Shown: positions 18,444 through 30,068 of the stretch, in pieces
Numbering within the stretch: position 1 is the stretch's first letter
Layout of the letters: every line of letters begins with the position of its first letter
DNA from: a virus
Strand: one strand, 5' to 3'
Virus record (IMG/VR): IMGVR_UViG_3300029525_000001
Span: 1,939-65,938 of that record
Length of the DNA stretch: 64,000 bases
Translations under genes and position numbers: made by a program
The notes under the pieces: generated by a model
Seen by the model: the letters and a program-made list of their open reading frames with translations, nothing else
Databases searched by the model: none
What the model was told of the DNA's origin: nothing

Positions 18444-19442
18444 ATGACTAAATCAGAGCTTTTGAATAACGTGTTCTTTGAGAATGCAAAAGGTGATTTA
18501 CCTATCATATATATAACATCGGATGATGATGTGGTAAAGGTTGGCGGCATTATCAATGCACCTATGGTTGGAAGAATTTATTTTAGTGAGGTTAAGAAAA
18601 CCATTACGAAGGATGAATTACTTGCCAACAAAGAGTTCATTTGCGCAAGCGAAGATTCTGAGATACTTATTGATTTCGGCGGCTACAGACGCGAGACACT
18701 TGGTTGCTATATCGCGATTGATGATAGTTGCATTAATATCATTGAGCTATGAGGAATAACCATCACAATCCTAATAAAGTGCCGCCGTTCAAACCAGCCC
18801 CCGAACATTGGACTAAGAAGGTTCACTCTTGGAAGGCGAAGGTTGCATACGAGACTGAGGATGACGCTTGGGAGTTTCTGAATCAGATTCCGAGGTTGAA
18901 GGCACTCGGCTGGCATCCTTACTTATGTAAGGTTTGCTCAAAGTGGCATATTGGTAGATTACATAATAAATAGTTGAGATATGGAGATTAGAGTTAACGT
19001 TTTAGGAAAGGTCGCATACATACAAGGAGAAAGTAGGGATAATAAGGCGAAAGCCGAACTATACCCATCAGGAGAGGGTGTGTATGCTGTAATGGATGGA
19101 GACGATTTCGTGTGTCTAAGAGTTGTGTCTTCCAAGATTCATGATGACACAAAAGGCGATTATTATGCATGTGTAGAAGAAAACTGGACGCATGCAAAAA
19201 TCGCAAACTCTATAAACGTTATAGAGCACGAAGAAAGATTGAAGAATTATATAGACAAGCGTTTCGACGAGTTACAATCATCAATCGAGAATGCAAAGAG
19301 TAGTGCAGATAGCATAGATGATGCAGTATGCTCTATAAAGAGTTCTATTGAGAAGATAGAGAAAGATGGTGTTGGTAGTGGAAAAGGTATCAGCGAGAAG
19401 ACATTATTGTCTGCTATCGAGATTGTGTCAAAACAGAAATAG
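18444..19442 (+). other. three hypothetical CDSs (18444-18752; 18749-18973 with YLCKVCSKWH zinc-binding motif; 18981-19442)
   Basis: Overlapping or adjacent co-oriented ORFs. Confidence 0.65.
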
Positions 19443-19450
19443 TTGAGAAT

Positions 19451-19855
19451 ATGAAGAAAAAAGGATATTACGAATACGACCCTGTTATCTATCCAAGAAT
19501 GTTATGTGTCGCTATTGGCATGAACCAAGAAGACGCTAATAAGTGTTTTGAAGGTAGAAATGGCGAGGTTTTGAAAGTTGATTTTTCTAATTATGACGCA
19601 ATAACCTACGATATCGTTAGAGAAAAGGCGGATAAGAAGCTTTGTTCATTTATTAATTTTGCAAGCAAGGATTCTATGAAGATGGGGGTTTGTTGCCATG
19701 AAGCTTCTCATGCTTGCGATAACATCGAGGATGATATTGGTATGGAACACGGCGGCGAGCCTTCTGCCTACTTAATTGGTTGGATTGCGTCTTGCATCAA
19801 CAATGCTCGTTTGGGAATTGGAGATTTCGTAGAAATTAAAGATAAGGAGAAATAG
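19451..19855 (+). CDS. HExxH zinc-metallopeptidase-like protein
   Basis: CCHEASHAC followed by EPSAYLIGW. Confidence 0.6.
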   Translation: MKKKGYYEYDPVIYPRMLCVAIGMNQEDANKCFEGRNGEVLKVDFSNYDAITYDIVREKADKKLCSFINFASKDSMKMGVCCHEASHACDNIEDDIGMEHGGEPSAYLIGWIASCINNARLGIGDFVEIKDKEK

Positions 19856-19858
19856 CTT

Positions 19859-20206
19859 ATGAAACCGATTATTGTAATTGACATTCCTTTGGGAATGGGA
19901 ATAGATAGAGAAATCACAGAGCCTTATGGCTATGATTTATTCTATGGAGACGAAAATATAGAAGCTCAGTGGAAGAAACTGGAAGAACTTCGAGAAACTG
20001 GTGGTGTTATTATTGTTCAGCCAAGCCATAACAGCGCAATTCGCGAGATTCTTAACCCTTATATTAGCGGTAATGGATTTATCAAAGAATGTGGTTTGCA
20101 AAATGTTCATACAAAAGAACATGGTGATTTTTGTATTATCCTTTTTCATAACCCATCAGACGTTATGGCTCATAGAGCTTTTTGTTTGAATAGTAAAAAT
20201 AAATAG
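19859..20206 (+). CDS. hypothetical protein
   Basis: 115-aa ORF within the operon. Confidence 0.6.
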   Translation: MKPIIVIDIPLGMGIDREITEPYGYDLFYGDENIEAQWKKLEELRETGGVIIVQPSHNSAIREILNPYISGNGFIKECGLQNVHTKEHGDFCIILFHNPSDVMAHRAFCLNSKNK

Positions 20207-20209
20207 TTT

Positions 20210-20716
20210 ATGATTAAGAAAGAAGATATTAAGGTTGGGCTGCGATTTTATATCACAAAAAAAGATTGCTTAAAATGTAATTTTGACCCTATAGGTATTC
20301 AGAGCGGCAGCACCCCTATTCTGTTCAATGCCGAGAAAAAGGATGCTGATGTTTATATATGCACATCTGTTAGCACAGATTACAAGTATATCGCTCGTTT
20401 TCGCGAGGAAGATATTATGACGTTTGGTACAAAGTTCGATATAGTAACGAAAGGTGAAGGAGAAACAGCAAACAAAAAGACGGAGCAAGTGTCTCACCCA
20501 TCCCATTATGCGTGGTTAAAGGATTTGTGTGGTGTCGAGCCTTTGGATATTTGCAGACACCTTGACTTCAATACAGGGAACGCTATCAAGTATCTCTTGC
20601 GCAAGGATAAGGTGGATGGTAACAAGACCAAGACCGAGAAGCGCATCGAGGACTTGCGTAAGGCAGTGTTTTATATCCAAGACGAAATAAAATTATTGGA
20701 ACATGGAACAGACTGA
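20210..20716 (+). CDS. DUF3310 domain protein
   Basis: VSHPSHY...EPLDI...FNTGNAIKYLLR...EDLRKAVFYI signature. Confidence 0.85.
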   Translation: MIKKEDIKVGLRFYITKKDCLKCNFDPIGIQSGSTPILFNAEKKDADVYICTSVSTDYKYIARFREEDIMTFGTKFDIVTKGEGETANKKTEQVSHPSHYAWLKDLCGVEPLDICRHLDFNTGNAIKYLLRKDKVDGNKTKTEKRIEDLRKAVFYIQDEIKLLEHGTD

Positions 20717-20972
20717 TTACACTTGTAAGGATTGCGTATTGTTGAATGATGAAGATTTTGAGTTCCCATATTGCATGGGCAAAAACTTATATACATACGT
20801 AAATCCTGACGATGATGCTTGCAGAGACATTATTCCGCTAGTATATACTTGCAAGGATTGTTTCTTTTTCAAAGATGGGATTTGCAATAATACCACGGAG
20901 AAGAGATACACATCGAAAGAAAATCCTTCATGTAGAAACTTCGAGTACAAAACGATTGTAGAACAAAAATAA
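20703..20972 (+). CDS. Cys-rich protein with two tandem YTCKDC repeats
   Basis: Internal duplication of a CxxC-C-C unit. Confidence 0.65.
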   Translation: MEQTDYTCKDCVLLNDEDFEFPYCMGKNLYTYVNPDDDACRDIIPLVYTCKDCFFFKDGICNNTTEKRYTSKENPSCRNFEYKTIVEQK

Positions 20973-20982
20973 ATATATAGTT

Positions 20983-22770
20983 ATGGCTAGAATTGCAAAA
21001 AAGAAGACTGTTGACAACAATGCAGGTTTGCTTAAAGTTGTTGTCGGAATCAACAGAAAAGATGTTGAAAGCGTTACCGACTTCGGTCATTTCTTCATCG
21101 TAATTTTGAAGGATTGTGCTATTTTCCACACACATATTGGATTTGAAGCACGTTTTAAGCGTTGGGGAGGTGTTGATATGGAAGGACACGCGCTTACCAC
21201 TACAACATTCGCGTGGCTTGAAAATCTTGTCGCGATGAAGAATGAAGTAAAGGGAAAAGAAAATGATATTTTCCCTGAGACAGATGTTACTTATCAGGAT
21301 ATGCTTGATAGCATGGTTATCATCACAGAAGCCAACATTACTCATCCGATTACAGCGTTCACTGATGCAGATGATGCTGCAAAGTTCGCAAAGAACAAGA
21401 TGGATTACATCGGTCGTATGCAGAAAGAGTTGGAAACTGTAATGAACACTCCAGTTTCCGAAGAGACAGAGGAAGACTTGAAGAAGAACTTTGAGCACGG
21501 TCAGCAAGCAATATTGGCAGAGCAAGCAGCCGAGGCTCTTAATCAAGGAAAGGAATAGCTTATGTATAATGAATGGTATATAGAACTGAAATACGGACTA
21601 TTCCGAGATTACAGGATTGTAAGAATGTGTGATGCCAACGGAGTGAAGCGAGACGGTATCTTTATACCATTCATTCAGAATGGAATCAAATGGGATGGTG
21701 TAAAGGTTAAGAATCCTGTTCAATATCTAAAACCGATTTGGGCTGCCGCCGATGGTTCTAGATTACACAAGTTAGTTCCTATGGTTTCTGTGGATTTCAG
21801 ACAAAAGATGGAAGATGCAGGTGTATTGTCACCAGATGATAAATACCCTTGTGATACGGTAGGTTACGTTTATAAAGATAAAAATAAGATTTAACGGCTA
21901 TGATATACTTAGGTAATGATACGATGGATAAGGTAGAGCGGATGGTTTGCAAACAAGTGAACACGGCTATGAGTACTGAGGAAAAGGAAGGAGTGAATGC
22001 AGACGATTTATATGTTGGCAATACTAACATTCCTTTTGCGAGAGCGGTAGCAAGGAACTTTGTTCTTGACGTTCTACACAATCGGTATGGCTTTTCCTAT
22101 GCCGTTATCGCACAGCGCGCGGACATCAATGAGAAATCTGCTATGCGGTGTGTCCGCAAGTGTCACGAACTTGTCGGTTACGACAAAACCTATGCGTATG
22201 TGAACACTTTAATTAACGATAGATTGAGAGAATGGTATGGGGAATAACAATGAATTATTGACGTTGAAGCGCAATGCCCTAAGATTGGGATTGTGCGGAG
22301 AATATAAAGGGAAATGGGATTCTGCCGCGAGTAAGCGAGAATTGGTAAATATGGCTCTTGATTCAAACGGAATTGAGTTTATGGCTGATTCTATTGCTTT
22401 CGGATGGGGATTGTCAAAAGAGTACCTTTTGAAAGAGTTTGGTGAGTTTGCCAATGGATTCTACCAATGTAATGAGCACGGATATACCAGCGAAATGTAT
22501 ATAGGTGCTCATGGAGTTATCAATGTGCGCTCTACGATTATTCTTGTCGCGTACTGCAAGGATTTGGAGATTGAAGTTCCAGAGAATATGGTTACTCGCA
22601 TTTACGTGTGCGGAAAGAGTGAAGTTCGCATCGAATGCAAAGGAAAATGTGACCTCATAGAGTACGGAGAGGATAATGATGTTAAAATCATTGGCTACGA
22701 TGACGCAAATATGACGCTAGGAACGATTTATGTGTCAGAGTGGAATAGTTGTAAGGACGAACAAAAATAA
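20983..22770 (+). other. four hypothetical CDSs (20983-21558; 21562-21894; 21900-22247 with an HTH-like segment; 22237-22770)
   Basis: Contiguous co-oriented ORFs; FSYAVIAQRADINEKSAMRCVRK is HTH-like. Confidence 0.7.
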
Positions 22771-22918
22771 CGTCTTACAGCTCATTTAAATAGCAAAGTT
22801 GGAAAAAAGAATATTTATATTATTTTCTTATTTACAGAGTGTACGGCGGTACACAGACATAAAGTATAATTTTACTTTTTATATTAGTTAAGGTTTAGTT
22901 AGATTTATGTTGATTAAA

Positions 22919-22958
22919 AAGGGCAAGTTCAGTTGTGAAACCGAGCTTGCCCTAATTT
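22919..22958. terminator. bidirectional terminator between converging operons
   Basis: AGGGCAAGTTC...GAGCTTGCCCT flanked by A and T runs. Confidence 0.75.
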
Positions 22959-22978
22959 TATATATAGAACTCAGAAAA

Positions 22979-25900
22979 CTAATTCATAAATACCTTGATA
23001 CCATTTCTTCCTTGCTTGTGACCGCCCTTTACACAGCTAGCCAAGGTGTCGCGAATATCAGTAAGTATTGTTGTCTGCAATCTCAACTCAATGAGTACAG
23101 GACTGCTTGAAGTGTCTTGTGTTATCGCGCTGATACTATTGCCGAGCTTTTCTAACAGAGTGTCGCGAATGATACGAATGTCTGCTTGTTGAGTAGCTAC
23201 ATAATATCGTAGGCTGTTGAGTATCGATTCCAACGCCTGTGCGGTTGATTCAGTAACAGACTGAATACCTTGCTGCAAAGCAGAGATATTTGAACTTCCT
23301 TTTGGTTTATATCCTAATCCATCAACGAATGATTTCAACATATCAGAAACACCTTTCAGTTTATCCTTACCGGTTGTCATAATATTATCCAATTCAGCTT
23401 TAACCAAATCCAATCCATTATTTCCACCATCGCTTCCTTGCTCAACCGCATTGTCAATCTTTTTGAGTAACGGCTCTACCATCTTACCAACAATACGTTG
23501 TGTGGCTTGCTTAACTATGAGGTTCTGTATATACTCATCGAATTTATCATTAAGTGCTTCGAGAGCATCGCTTCCTTCGTTGTAAGCATCAACCCAAGTC
23601 TTTGCAAACTCCTCTGCTGCCGACTTATAGTTAGCCTTTGTTCCGAATCCGCCAAGTTGCTCTGTAAGACTTTGTTCTGCCTCCTCGATAGCCTTGTTGT
23701 TGGCTTCGATTTGTTTGCGGTACTCTTCAATCTTATCATTATCGGTCTTCTTCTTGTCCTGCTCCGCTTTTATCATTGATTCAAGGTTGGCATTCTGAGT
23801 TTTGAGATTCTTAACCATCTCATCATTGTATTGTGCCAAACGTTCAATATCAAAAGCATTATCCATAGCATCTTTGAGTTCGCTGTATCTCTCTCGCAGT
23901 TTTTCAATCGCCTTTTGGTGATTTTCAATCTGCTTTTGCAGCTTTTTATCTTTTGTTCCCCATCCGAAGATGCCGCCAAGAGTTTTTCCGATGCCGCCGA
24001 TAACACCTATCGTACCTTTGACAACAGAGAATGGTCTAGTAATATCAATACCTTCAAGAGAAGAACCAATCTTACTGATTCCATCTACAACCTCTGATAA
24101 ATCGTCAGACATTTCGATGTTAGCACCCCAGTCATTCAATGCGCTAAAAAGTTCTGTAACGGAACTAGCTGCATCAGAGAAATTTTGCCCGATAGTCTGA
24201 ACTTGCTGTTGCAAAGTCTTCTGCAACTTCTGTCCGTTTCGTATCTGCTCTGCTTGCTTTTCTGTTATCTTTCCTTGCGCTACAAGCTGGTCTGTTATGG
24301 TACGAAGTCTTGCCTTGTCAATATCCCAAAGGATTCTTGACTGGATGGCTTCTTTTGAAGCAATACCATATTTTCTTACTGCATTATTGTAAGCAATCTC
24401 TGCATTTTTGACATCCTTATTCGCATTGCTTTGGTCGTTTTTCAATATCTGCTCTTTTTGGGTAGCATCAATATATTCTTCCTCTAGCTTTTTGCGTTGC
24501 TTGGCAAATTTCAAATATTCCTTGAAATTCTTACCAATATTACTATAAGGATTTCTCTCAACAAGTAAAGCATCTATCTTGTTAATCTGCTCAACTATCT
24601 GTTTTAATTGCTCTGGAGTGAGATTTTTTAGAGAAGAACGCAATCCTTCAAGTCTCGCTTTCATTGCAGTAAGCACTCGGTTTGATGTGTGGTCTAGATT
24701 CTCAAAGATAGAAATATACATATCGCTATTCTGAAAATCTTTCCAAGAATTAGCATCTGTCTTTGCTGCATATTGCTTATCAAGGTTATCTTGAAGCTGC
24801 TTCTGTAAATCTTTGTTCTTGGATATATTCGCATTGTTTTGGATTTTCTGCTTTTCCTCAATGTACCACTTATCCAACTGCAACTGGTCTGAAAGTTGCT
24901 GCTTGTATGCCTTAATCAGTTCTTGCGCTTGATTAACTTGGTCTTGATAGACTTCCTTATCAAGTTTCTGCATTTGTGACGTGTATTCCTTTGCAACATC
25001 ATCACCCCATTTAGTCTGGTCTTTACCCCATTTTGCCTCGAAATCATTTCGGATAGACAATCGTACTTCATCGAAAGAAGAAGTCAAGTCACCGAACATA
25101 CTTTTGATGATGCTATCAGAAAGACCTTCTCCTTTGAGCTTCTTAAACAAATCGAGCTGTGAGAATGCTTCTTGCGCATTGTTCTTCGCATCGTCAAGTT
25201 GTTGCTTGAAATATTCCTCATCAATATCAAGACGGATTTCAGTGGCGTTGCGTAATGCGCTGCTACGTTTTCCGAGTTCCTTATATAGGCTTGCAAGATA
25301 TTCAATCTTCTTCGCAATAGTCTGGCGGTCTGGGACAAAGTTGTTTATATTCATACCAACATTCTTTGCCGCCAACGCAAAGTGCTTACGAACATCGGCT
25401 GTAGCTTGCTCTTCGCCTTCGTATTTAATGAGTTTCTGATATTCAGAACTCATATCCTTTAACAGAGAAATGCGCTCGTTGAGAATATCACGCTGTGCTT
25501 TTTCTGCGGCAACCTTAGTCTTTCGTGTATTCTTTTTGTCTTCCTTAGTCTCCCAATCCCAGTTTGTGAAAACATCGCCAACTGCCTTTAATCTCTCCTT
25601 TGCTATTTTTTCAAGTTGAGAAGCTGATAATTTAATTTCGTTAGCCTGTTCCTTTGCCCACACGCCATACATTTTAGGCTTGCGTTTTACTCCGATAAGT
25701 TTTAACTCATCGTCTGTAAACATACTTTCATCAGCAGAGAATAGTCCCTTTTTATCCTTTCCTTTAGACATAATACGACGCAACCAAGCATCCGACTCTT
25801 TGAGTGCTTTTTGATTCTTTTCAAGATTTTCAAAGTAATCTTTCCACTGAGACAGAGGGTCTTTAAGGTCGCTGACATCAATGCTTATCTTGTATGTTTT

Positions 25901-28729
25901 AGAATCAACGAATGATTGAACTGTCTTGTCGATGTAATCAATAGTTCTTTGAACAGAGTTTGTGTCTGCCGAAATCCGAATATTGAATTTATCTTCTGCA
26001 AGATGTGTCAAGAGCATTTTCTTGGTTTCAGAATAATCGTGGTCTGCTGCAAAGCGATTAATACGAAGCATAATCTCTTTTGGGTCGTTTGTGTATTTTG
26101 CGAGAACATCAAACAACCCTTTAGTTTCCTTGATTACTTCTTCTTTGTCGCGTCGAAGACTACTGAACATACTTGCATTTGCTCCCTCAATAGAAGAGCG
26201 AATCGCATCCATTGTTCCATCAATCTTTTGTCTTTGAACATCGGACATTTGAACGAATGTTATGAAGCCGACTTTTGCTTTTTGAAGTGCATTATATACA
26301 GCCTCCAAATATTCGGTTTTATCTTTATAGTCTTCTTCTCTTCCAACTCTATCAACCGCCAACTGGGCATCCTCTGTGAGATATTTATAATTTTGGCGTA
26401 CACTTTCGAGGGCAGATTCCCATTTGGATGTATATGCTATAATCTTATTATACGAGTTCTCATAATCAGATAAATCCTCATCTATATTTTCTCCAGGACC
26501 GACAGATTCTTTTATATTCTGAGCACGAATGGCATCCATCTCCATCATATCATCAATAAACTTCTTGTAGTCAGAAGTCAACTTTTGATATGTTTTATCT
26601 GCATCTTCTGCCGAACCAAAGTTTACAGGAATTGTGACAGAATAGCCTTGTTTTTCCATTTCAGAGATAAGATGTTTAATTTCATCTTCTCTCTTGTCTT
26701 TTCCGTTTTTGCCGTCTATCTTGATTGCAAGAGTGTATGAATCTTGTGATTTTTTCAAAATATTCATAGACTTTGCGTAAGAATCCATAGCCTTTGATAG
26801 ATTTTCATTGTATTCTTTTACACTATCAGAGATACTAGTGAATATTTCTAAAGCTGCCATAAGAGCCATTATTGGTAATGCACCTTGTATAGCCTTTCCT
26901 GCTGCAACAGCAGCTGTTCCTATCTGCGAAATGGCAGATTTTATTCCAAGGGCAACCTTTCCGATGCCTGCAACATTGTTCATTGATGCTAGTCTTGCGA
27001 ATGCTTTTGTTGTCTCTGTGCCAGCAAGCATTGAGCGAACTTTTATAATAAGGAGAAGTTCACCGACATATTTTATAACCTTTGCTATATTTTGCCAGTT
27101 ATTAAGCATTTCTGTTGCACCAGAAATCATTCCCTTGAACGTACCCTCGTTAGCCTTGCCAATATCATTGAGCATCACATCGAAAGCATCCTTCAAGTTG
27201 GAAATCTTACCTTGGAGAGTCTCAGCCTGAATCTCTTGCATATTGTAGAATGTTCCACCCTTATCGGTCATGCGTTGGAATATTGCCTCAACATCCTCAA
27301 ATGTAACCTTGCGCTTGGAAATCATATCAACAATCTGTGCGGTCGTGTACGCTTCTCCCTTAACTTCCTTAAAGTATTGTTGCAACGCACCATACATATT
27401 GATACCAGCCTCAGTAAACTGACGAACCTCAGAACCGCGAAGGTATGCAGCAGCCTTGACTTGTCCGTATGCAAGGATAAGTCTTCCCATATCAACGCCA
27501 AGACCTGCTGAAACATCGGCAAGTCGCTTGGTTGTATCATAAAGTTTATCAGACTCAATTCGGTATGCGGAAAGTTGTCGTGTGTAATCCACCAAGTCTT
27601 TGATACGGAAAGGTGATTTAACGGCAAGTTCTACTGTCTTGTTGAAAATCTCGTCTGCCTTTGGTTTGTTCTGCAAGATAGCTTCGAGTGAACGCTCAGA
27701 GAGTTCAAACTGACCTCTGACTGATGCAATCTGCTCGACAAAATTCTTGACAGAACCCACTGAGAATGCAAATGCCATACGCTGTGCCCAACGTGACATA
27801 TATCCAGCCATATATGATGTTTGTTCTGTCAACGCGCGAGAATTAACACCAGCCTCTTTCAAGTTTTTGTTATGTTGCTCAATTGCAGCATTAAGAATAT
27901 CCAATTTTCGCTTATAATCAGCATCGGTTTGAGACAACTTCATACGAGCCTCTTTCAGATATTCTATAGCGCGTACTTGGCGGTTGAGCGTATTTGCAGA
28001 AGCAGAGAAATCAAGCGCGCCTTGATATGTAGTGTTTGCCTTGTTATTTCTCGTCTGATAGTCTTTTGCTCTATCAGCGTATGCCTTTCTCTGTTTGTTG
28101 TTGTAAGATTGTTCTGCACTAACCATCTTATCAAGAGCCTTCTGAAAAGCAACAGCACGTTCATTATACATCTGCTGCTGGTATCGTAACTCATCCTGTA
28201 ATGACTTCTTTCGCTTAATAAGTGCATCTTGGTCTGCCTTGGTGAGATTTTGTGTTGTATCTCGCAACATACTTTCAATAGAACCAATTTCTTGCTTTAA
28301 CTCAGCAATATTCATACCGCTAGCACCCTTTGCTGATTCCTGTAATCTCTGAAATGCAAGTGCCGCTTGCATAATACCACTAGTGCCGGAACCATTCATC
28401 TTAGATAGCTGTGCTACCATATTTTGAATGTTTTGTGCTGCTGACGTAATGTTATTGTTCATGTTACCTGCACTCGCACCTACGTTTGAGATACCACTGC
28501 TTGCATTTGAAGCAGATGCGTTGATTGTTGCGAGTTTTGCTATAACTTGGTCTAAAGAATCAAGGAACGGCTTAGTACCAACAGACATATCCTTGAAAGA
28601 TTGTGTTACACTAGACGCGGTATTTTTAGCCGTATCTTGTATGTCTTTCAATTTCTTGTCTGCTTGTTCTATTGCATCTAACGCACTTTTAGGAATGGTT
28701 AGAGCTGCTCCTAATGCTGAATCTGCCAT
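22979..28729 (-). CDS. tape measure protein
   Basis: 1916 aa, helical, with the tape-measure domain (SPFRIKDL...GRLILAYGQV...EVRQFTEAGI...TLQGKISNLKDA); follows the chaperone genes. Confidence 0.92.
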   Translation of the reverse strand: MADSALGAALTIPKSALDAIEQADKKLKDIQDTAKNTASSVTQSFKDMSVGTKPFLDSLDQVIAKLATINASASNASSGISNVGASAGNMNNNITSAAQNIQNMVAQLSKMNGSGTSGIMQAALAFQRLQESAKGASGMNIAELKQEIGSIESMLRDTTQNLTKADQDALIKRKKSLQDELRYQQQMYNERAVAFQKALDKMVSAEQSYNNKQRKAYADRAKDYQTRNNKANTTYQGALDFSASANTLNRQVRAIEYLKEARMKLSQTDADYKRKLDILNAAIEQHNKNLKEAGVNSRALTEQTSYMAGYMSRWAQRMAFAFSVGSVKNFVEQIASVRGQFELSERSLEAILQNKPKADEIFNKTVELAVKSPFRIKDLVDYTRQLSAYRIESDKLYDTTKRLADVSAGLGVDMGRLILAYGQVKAAAYLRGSEVRQFTEAGINMYGALQQYFKEVKGEAYTTAQIVDMISKRKVTFEDVEAIFQRMTDKGGTFYNMQEIQAETLQGKISNLKDAFDVMLNDIGKANEGTFKGMISGATEMLNNWQNIAKVIKYVGELLLIIKVRSMLAGTETTKAFARLASMNNVAGIGKVALGIKSAISQIGTAAVAAGKAIQGALPIMALMAALEIFTSISDSVKEYNENLSKAMDSYAKSMNILKKSQDSYTLAIKIDGKNGKDKREDEIKHLISEMEKQGYSVTIPVNFGSAEDADKTYQKLTSDYKKFIDDMMEMDAIRAQNIKESVGPGENIDEDLSDYENSYNKIIAYTSKWESALESVRQNYKYLTEDAQLAVDRVGREEDYKDKTEYLEAVYNALQKAKVGFITFVQMSDVQRQKIDGTMDAIRSSIEGANASMFSSLRRDKEEVIKETKGLFDVLAKYTNDPKEIMLRINRFAADHDYSETKKMLLTHLAEDKFNIRISADTNSVQRTIDYIDKTVQSFVDSKTYKISIDVSDLKDPLSQWKDYFENLEKNQKALKESDAWLRRIMSKGKDKKGLFSADESMFTDDELKLIGVKRKPKMYGVWAKEQANEIKLSASQLEKIAKERLKAVGDVFTNWDWETKEDKKNTRKTKVAAEKAQRDILNERISLLKDMSSEYQKLIKYEGEEQATADVRKHFALAAKNVGMNINNFVPDRQTIAKKIEYLASLYKELGKRSSALRNATEIRLDIDEEYFKQQLDDAKNNAQEAFSQLDLFKKLKGEGLSDSIIKSMFGDLTSSFDEVRLSIRNDFEAKWGKDQTKWGDDVAKEYTSQMQKLDKEVYQDQVNQAQELIKAYKQQLSDQLQLDKWYIEEKQKIQNNANISKNKDLQKQLQDNLDKQYAAKTDANSWKDFQNSDMYISIFENLDHTSNRVLTAMKARLEGLRSSLKNLTPEQLKQIVEQINKIDALLVERNPYSNIGKNFKEYLKFAKQRKKLEEEYIDATQKEQILKNDQSNANKDVKNAEIAYNNAVRKYGIASKEAIQSRILWDIDKARLRTITDQLVAQGKITEKQAEQIRNGQKLQKTLQQQVQTIGQNFSDAASSVTELFSALNDWGANIEMSDDLSEVVDGISKIGSSLEGIDITRPFSVVKGTIGVIGGIGKTLGGIFGWGTKDKKLQKQIENHQKAIEKLRERYSELKDAMDNAFDIERLAQYNDEMVKNLKTQNANLESMIKAEQDKKKTDNDKIEEYRKQIEANNKAIEEAEQSLTEQLGGFGTKANYKSAAEEFAKTWVDAYNEGSDALEALNDKFDEYIQNLIVKQATQRIVGKMVEPLLKKIDNAVEQGSDGGNNGLDLVKAELDNIMTTGKDKLKGVSDMLKSFVDGLGYKPKGSSNISALQQGIQSVTESTAQALESILNSLRYYVATQQADIRIIRDTLLEKLGNSISAITQDTSSSPVLIELRLQTTILTDIRDTLASCVKGGHKQGRNGIKVFMN

Positions 28730-28748
28730 AATTCAAAAGTTTAAGAAT

Positions 28749-28973
28749 TTATAAAATAGGTATTCCAAGGTCATTGAGGTTTCGTAAATCCTCTGCACCA
28801 TTGATTACCTTTGCATTCTTTAATTTGTCGTTCTTCTTATTCTCGTCTTTGTCTGACGAAATCTTCTCTAAATGAGTAAAATCCATAGACGCAAGGCGAA
28901 TCTGCGGAACGGTCATTCTCCACTTATATTCTTCTTGCGAGCACCATGTGTTGGCACGTAAGAAATCTATCAT
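28749..28973 (-). CDS. tail assembly chaperone C-terminal part (gpT-like; expressed by -1 frameshift)
   Basis: Its frame is open back to the slippery site TTTTTTC at 29078-29072 in the upstream gene. Confidence 0.75.
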   Translation of the reverse strand: MIDFLRANTWCSQEEYKWRMTVPQIRLASMDFTHLEKISSDKDENKKNDKLKNAKVINGAEDLRNLNDLGIPIL

Positions 28974-29527
28974 TTGTCCGTATTCTGTTCGTGAGGGGAT
29001 AATTCGGCTGCTTGCTTCTTCCTCATCAGAGCTTGATTGCGGACGGTCTGAATCACATTGGTACTCGCGAAGAAAAAATCCACATCTAGCAAATTGAGAA
29101 TTTCAACGAGTAATGTTGCCCAATCCTTGATGTCATAGTCTCCCCAAAGCAACTGGTCGTAAACTTGTTGGTATTCCTCAGAATCAATGCGTTTTTTGTC
29201 ATTGAGCAAGGATAGTGTGATTACTCTTGCCACCGATGGAATGTTGATGGCAAACTCCTTTATAACGTCACCCATTGATAAGTTTTCGCCCTTGACTATC
29301 TTGCAAGCCTCCTCTGCAATCATCCATTGAGTGCCAGGCTTCAATGCTCTTATCTCCCACTCTGTACCTTGTAGTTTTACAATTGTAGGAGAATCATTCA
29401 TAATTTGCGCCAGACGTTCCATTGCCGCATCAGACAAAGGAGAACTAGGTAACACCTTATTCTCGTCTTCTATAGCTTGTTTCTTAGCCTTATTCGGGTC
29501 TTTTTGTGCTCTATATACTTTTCCCAT
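28970..29527 (-). CDS. tail assembly chaperone (gpG-like)
   Basis: Position between tail tube and tape measure genes; contains the slippery heptamer. Confidence 0.75.
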   Translation of the reverse strand: MGKVYRAQKDPNKAKKQAIEDENKVLPSSPLSDAAMERLAQIMNDSPTIVKLQGTEWEIRALKPGTQWMIAEEACKIVKGENLSMGDVIKEFAINIPSVARVITLSLLNDKKRIDSEEYQQVYDQLLWGDYDIKDWATLLVEILNLLDVDFFFASTNVIQTVRNQALMRKKQAAELSPHEQNTDK

Positions 29528-29536
29528 ATATATGAA

Positions 29537-29986
29537 TTACTTTCTAATCACACTTACTGTTCCATTATACTTATTGGATAGGTTTTGTAGCTTTTGAAAC
29601 GACATAGAAATGACTCTGTAAGATTGTTTCAGATTACCACCGCCATCTTCCAATATCTTAGCATAGGGCATAGTCGCAACGACAGCCAAATCAATTACTC
29701 CACTAGGGGAATAATCGTTTTTGAGATATTCGTTTATCGCTTCACGACCTTTAATCTCTTCTCCATACCAATTCTTGCCTTTGGATGCTTTTGGAGAGGA
29801 TGATAAGTAACCTATTTTTTCAAGCTTGCCTTCGACATAAATGCCATATCCGTAAGAATCGTAGAGGTTGTGCGTTTGATGTGTGTATGTAATTTCTTGA
29901 ATACATTCTCTTAACACATTCTTTGCATCCTTGTCTAATTCCTTCGTAATAAGCTTTAATGCTTTTTTGTATAATGTTTCAGCCAT
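29537..29986 (-). CDS. tail completion/neck protein (HK97 gp10-like)
   Basis: YTHQTHNLYDS and VVATMPYAKILE motifs; position in the tail module. Confidence 0.6.
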   Translation of the reverse strand: MAETLYKKALKLITKELDKDAKNVLRECIQEITYTHQTHNLYDSYGYGIYVEGKLEKIGYLSSSPKASKGKNWYGEEIKGREAINEYLKNDYSPSGVIDLAVVATMPYAKILEDGGGNLKQSYRVISMSFQKLQNLSNKYNGTVSVIRK

Positions 29987-30000
29987 AAATGATAAAACTT

Positions 30001-30035
30001 AAAAAGGAGCGGACAGCATTAAAGCCGCCGCCCCT
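30001..30035 (-). terminator. intrinsic terminator after the tail tube gene
   Basis: AGGGGCGGCGGC-TTTAAT-GCTGTCCGCTCC-TTTTT. Confidence 0.7.
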
Positions 30036-30068
30036 TGTATATAGTCGAGAATTGTTGAAGAATCTGCA

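Noticed and set aside
23498..28754. Many plus-strand ORFs antisense to the tape measure gene (and similar shadow ORFs elsewhere)
   Set aside because: They lie fully opposite long, well-supported genes, have unnatural composition and lack promoters.
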